The position numbers were made by a program, and so were the translations under genes. A model generated the notes under the pieces. The model searched no databases, had not been told where the DNA came from, and worked only from the letters and a program-made list of their open reading frames with translations. Shown here one piece after another: positions 35,649-36,444 of a stretch of DNA of 36,444 nt (within the stretch, counting starts at the first letter, position 1; the number at the start of each line of letters is the position of its first letter). Source of the DNA: a bacterium (GTDB taxonomy: Bacteria; Sysuimicrobiota; Sysuimicrobiia; Sysuimicrobiales; Humicultoraceae); contig JBGQGY010000023.1 in the NCBI GenBank assembly GCA_041497675.1, forward strand, positions 1-36,444, in the 5' to 3' direction.

Positions 35649-36062
35649 ATGCGGCGCATTCTGATCGCGGCCGGCGCAGCCAGCGTGCTGATCGCCTCGG
35701 TGGGTCTCTGGGCAGCATGGACCGCTTCCGCCCACCCGGCACTCCGCCTTGAACCGTCCGCCGTGGACTTTGGGCGGCTGGCGCAGCGGGCCACCAGAAC
35801 CGTTGAGGTTCGCAACGACGGGCGAGCGCCGCTGCGCGTGTTGGGGATCAGCACCTCTTGCGGGTGCACGACGGCGGTGATCAGTATGTCCGTGCTGCGT
35901 GCCCGCGGCAGTGCGCGTCTGGAGATCACCTTCGATCCCGCGGCGCACGGACCCGTTCCGGGCCCGGCCCGACATGCCGTGTACCTTCGCACCGACGATC
36001 CCAAGACCCCGGAAGCCGAAGTCGAGGTGCGCGCCGTCGTGGTGAAGGGAGACACGCGATGA
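35649..36062 (+). CDS. Second DUF1573-like Ig-fold protein
   Basis: Signal/TM, DFG, N-x-G-x-x-PL-x-V, TSCGCT, FDP-x-x-HG, TDDP. Confidence 0.8.
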   Translation: MRRILIAAGAASVLIASVGLWAAWTASAHPALRLEPSAVDFGRLAQRATRTVEVRNDGRAPLRVLGISTSCGCTTAVISMSVLRARGSARLEITFDPAAHGPVPGPARHAVYLRTDDPKTPEAEVEVRAVVVKGDTR

Positions 36063-36444
36063 CGCACGCCGCCCTCCGCCCGGCACGGGTGGTGGCGATG
36101 CTTACCGCGGTGGTGCTGCTGGGTTTCGTGATCGCCGGCCTTGTGGACGCAGAACCTGCGCCGCCTGTGACCATCTATTTCAACGGATCCTGCCACGACT
36201 GCGTGCCCTATCTCGATCACGAACTGATCCCGCTGCTGCGCGGACTCGGCGTCGCCGAGATGGTGCGGCGTGACTACATCCTTGAGCGGCGCTGGCGCGC
36301 CGAGCTGGTCGAGCGCAGCACGGCCCTGGGAGTTCCTCCGCAACTGCAGGGCCACATGACCATCTTCATTGGAGACCGGATCATCCTCCAGGGCCATGTG
36401 CCTTCGGGGATCATCCGCGATCTCTTCGCGCCGGCGCAGGCGCA
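36059..36444 (+). CDS. Exported thioredoxin-fold CxxC protein resembling DUF411/CopG (3' truncated; absent from the ORF track)
   Basis: My translation: MTHAALRPARVVAMLTAVVLLGFVIAGLVDAEPAPPVTIYFNGSCHDCVPYL...LGVPPQLQGHMTIFIGDRIILQGHVPSGIIRDLF. ATGA-coupled to the upstream gene; open to the window end. Confidence 0.7.
   Translation, partial: MTHAALRPARVVAMLTAVVLLGFVIAGLVDAEPAPPVTIYFNGSCHDCVPYLDHELIPLLRGLGVAEMVRRDYILERRWRAELVERSTALGVPPQLQGHMTIFIGDRIILQGHVPSGIIRDLFAPAQA

Noticed and set aside
1..36444. CRISPR arrays, tRNA/rRNA genes, transposases, integrases, phage genes
   Set aside because: No repeat-spacer pattern, RNA gene signature or recombinase motif was seen, and the intergenic gaps are short.

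Overview
GC-rich bacterial window, almost entirely coding, devoted to low-oxygen energy metabolism and Ni/Cu metalloenzyme assembly. (1) Plus strand, 1-5328: tail of a group 4 (Ech/Mbh/Hyc-like) membrane [NiFe]-hydrogenase operon (NuoH-like, NuoI-like, HycI protease), translationally coupled to a Na/K-ATPase-like P-type ATPase and two TrkA/RCK proteins with no TrkH. (2) Minus strand, 29659-5343: about 24 kb of co-oriented genes. In transcription order: Rrf2 regulator, clade II nosZ, Tat-type nosL, nosB-nosD fusion, nosF, nosY, DsbA, VKOR, hemerythrin, CBS-ACT protein; an atypical hydrogenase maturation cassette (hypC lacking its His, ATPase-less Nik/Opp ABC, DUF6390-like protein, zinc-finger-less hypA, hypB; no hypDEF in the window); hoxEFUYH plus protease; CBS, USP and CBS-BON proteins; a four-subunit Vor-type 2-oxoacid:ferredoxin oxidoreductase. 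(3) Right end: an IMPDH/GMPR-family enzyme that looks more like a GMP reductase, a radical SAM/SPASM protein, an orphan GltD/NfnB-like flavoprotein, two cupredoxins with an expanded CuA-like motif, two DUF1573-like proteins and a truncated DUF411/CopG-like protein. The best candidates for an undescribed system are the reduced maturation cassette and the nos cluster with its non-standard partners. All calls come from motif recognition by eye; no searches were run. No RNA genes, CRISPR arrays or mobile elements were seen.
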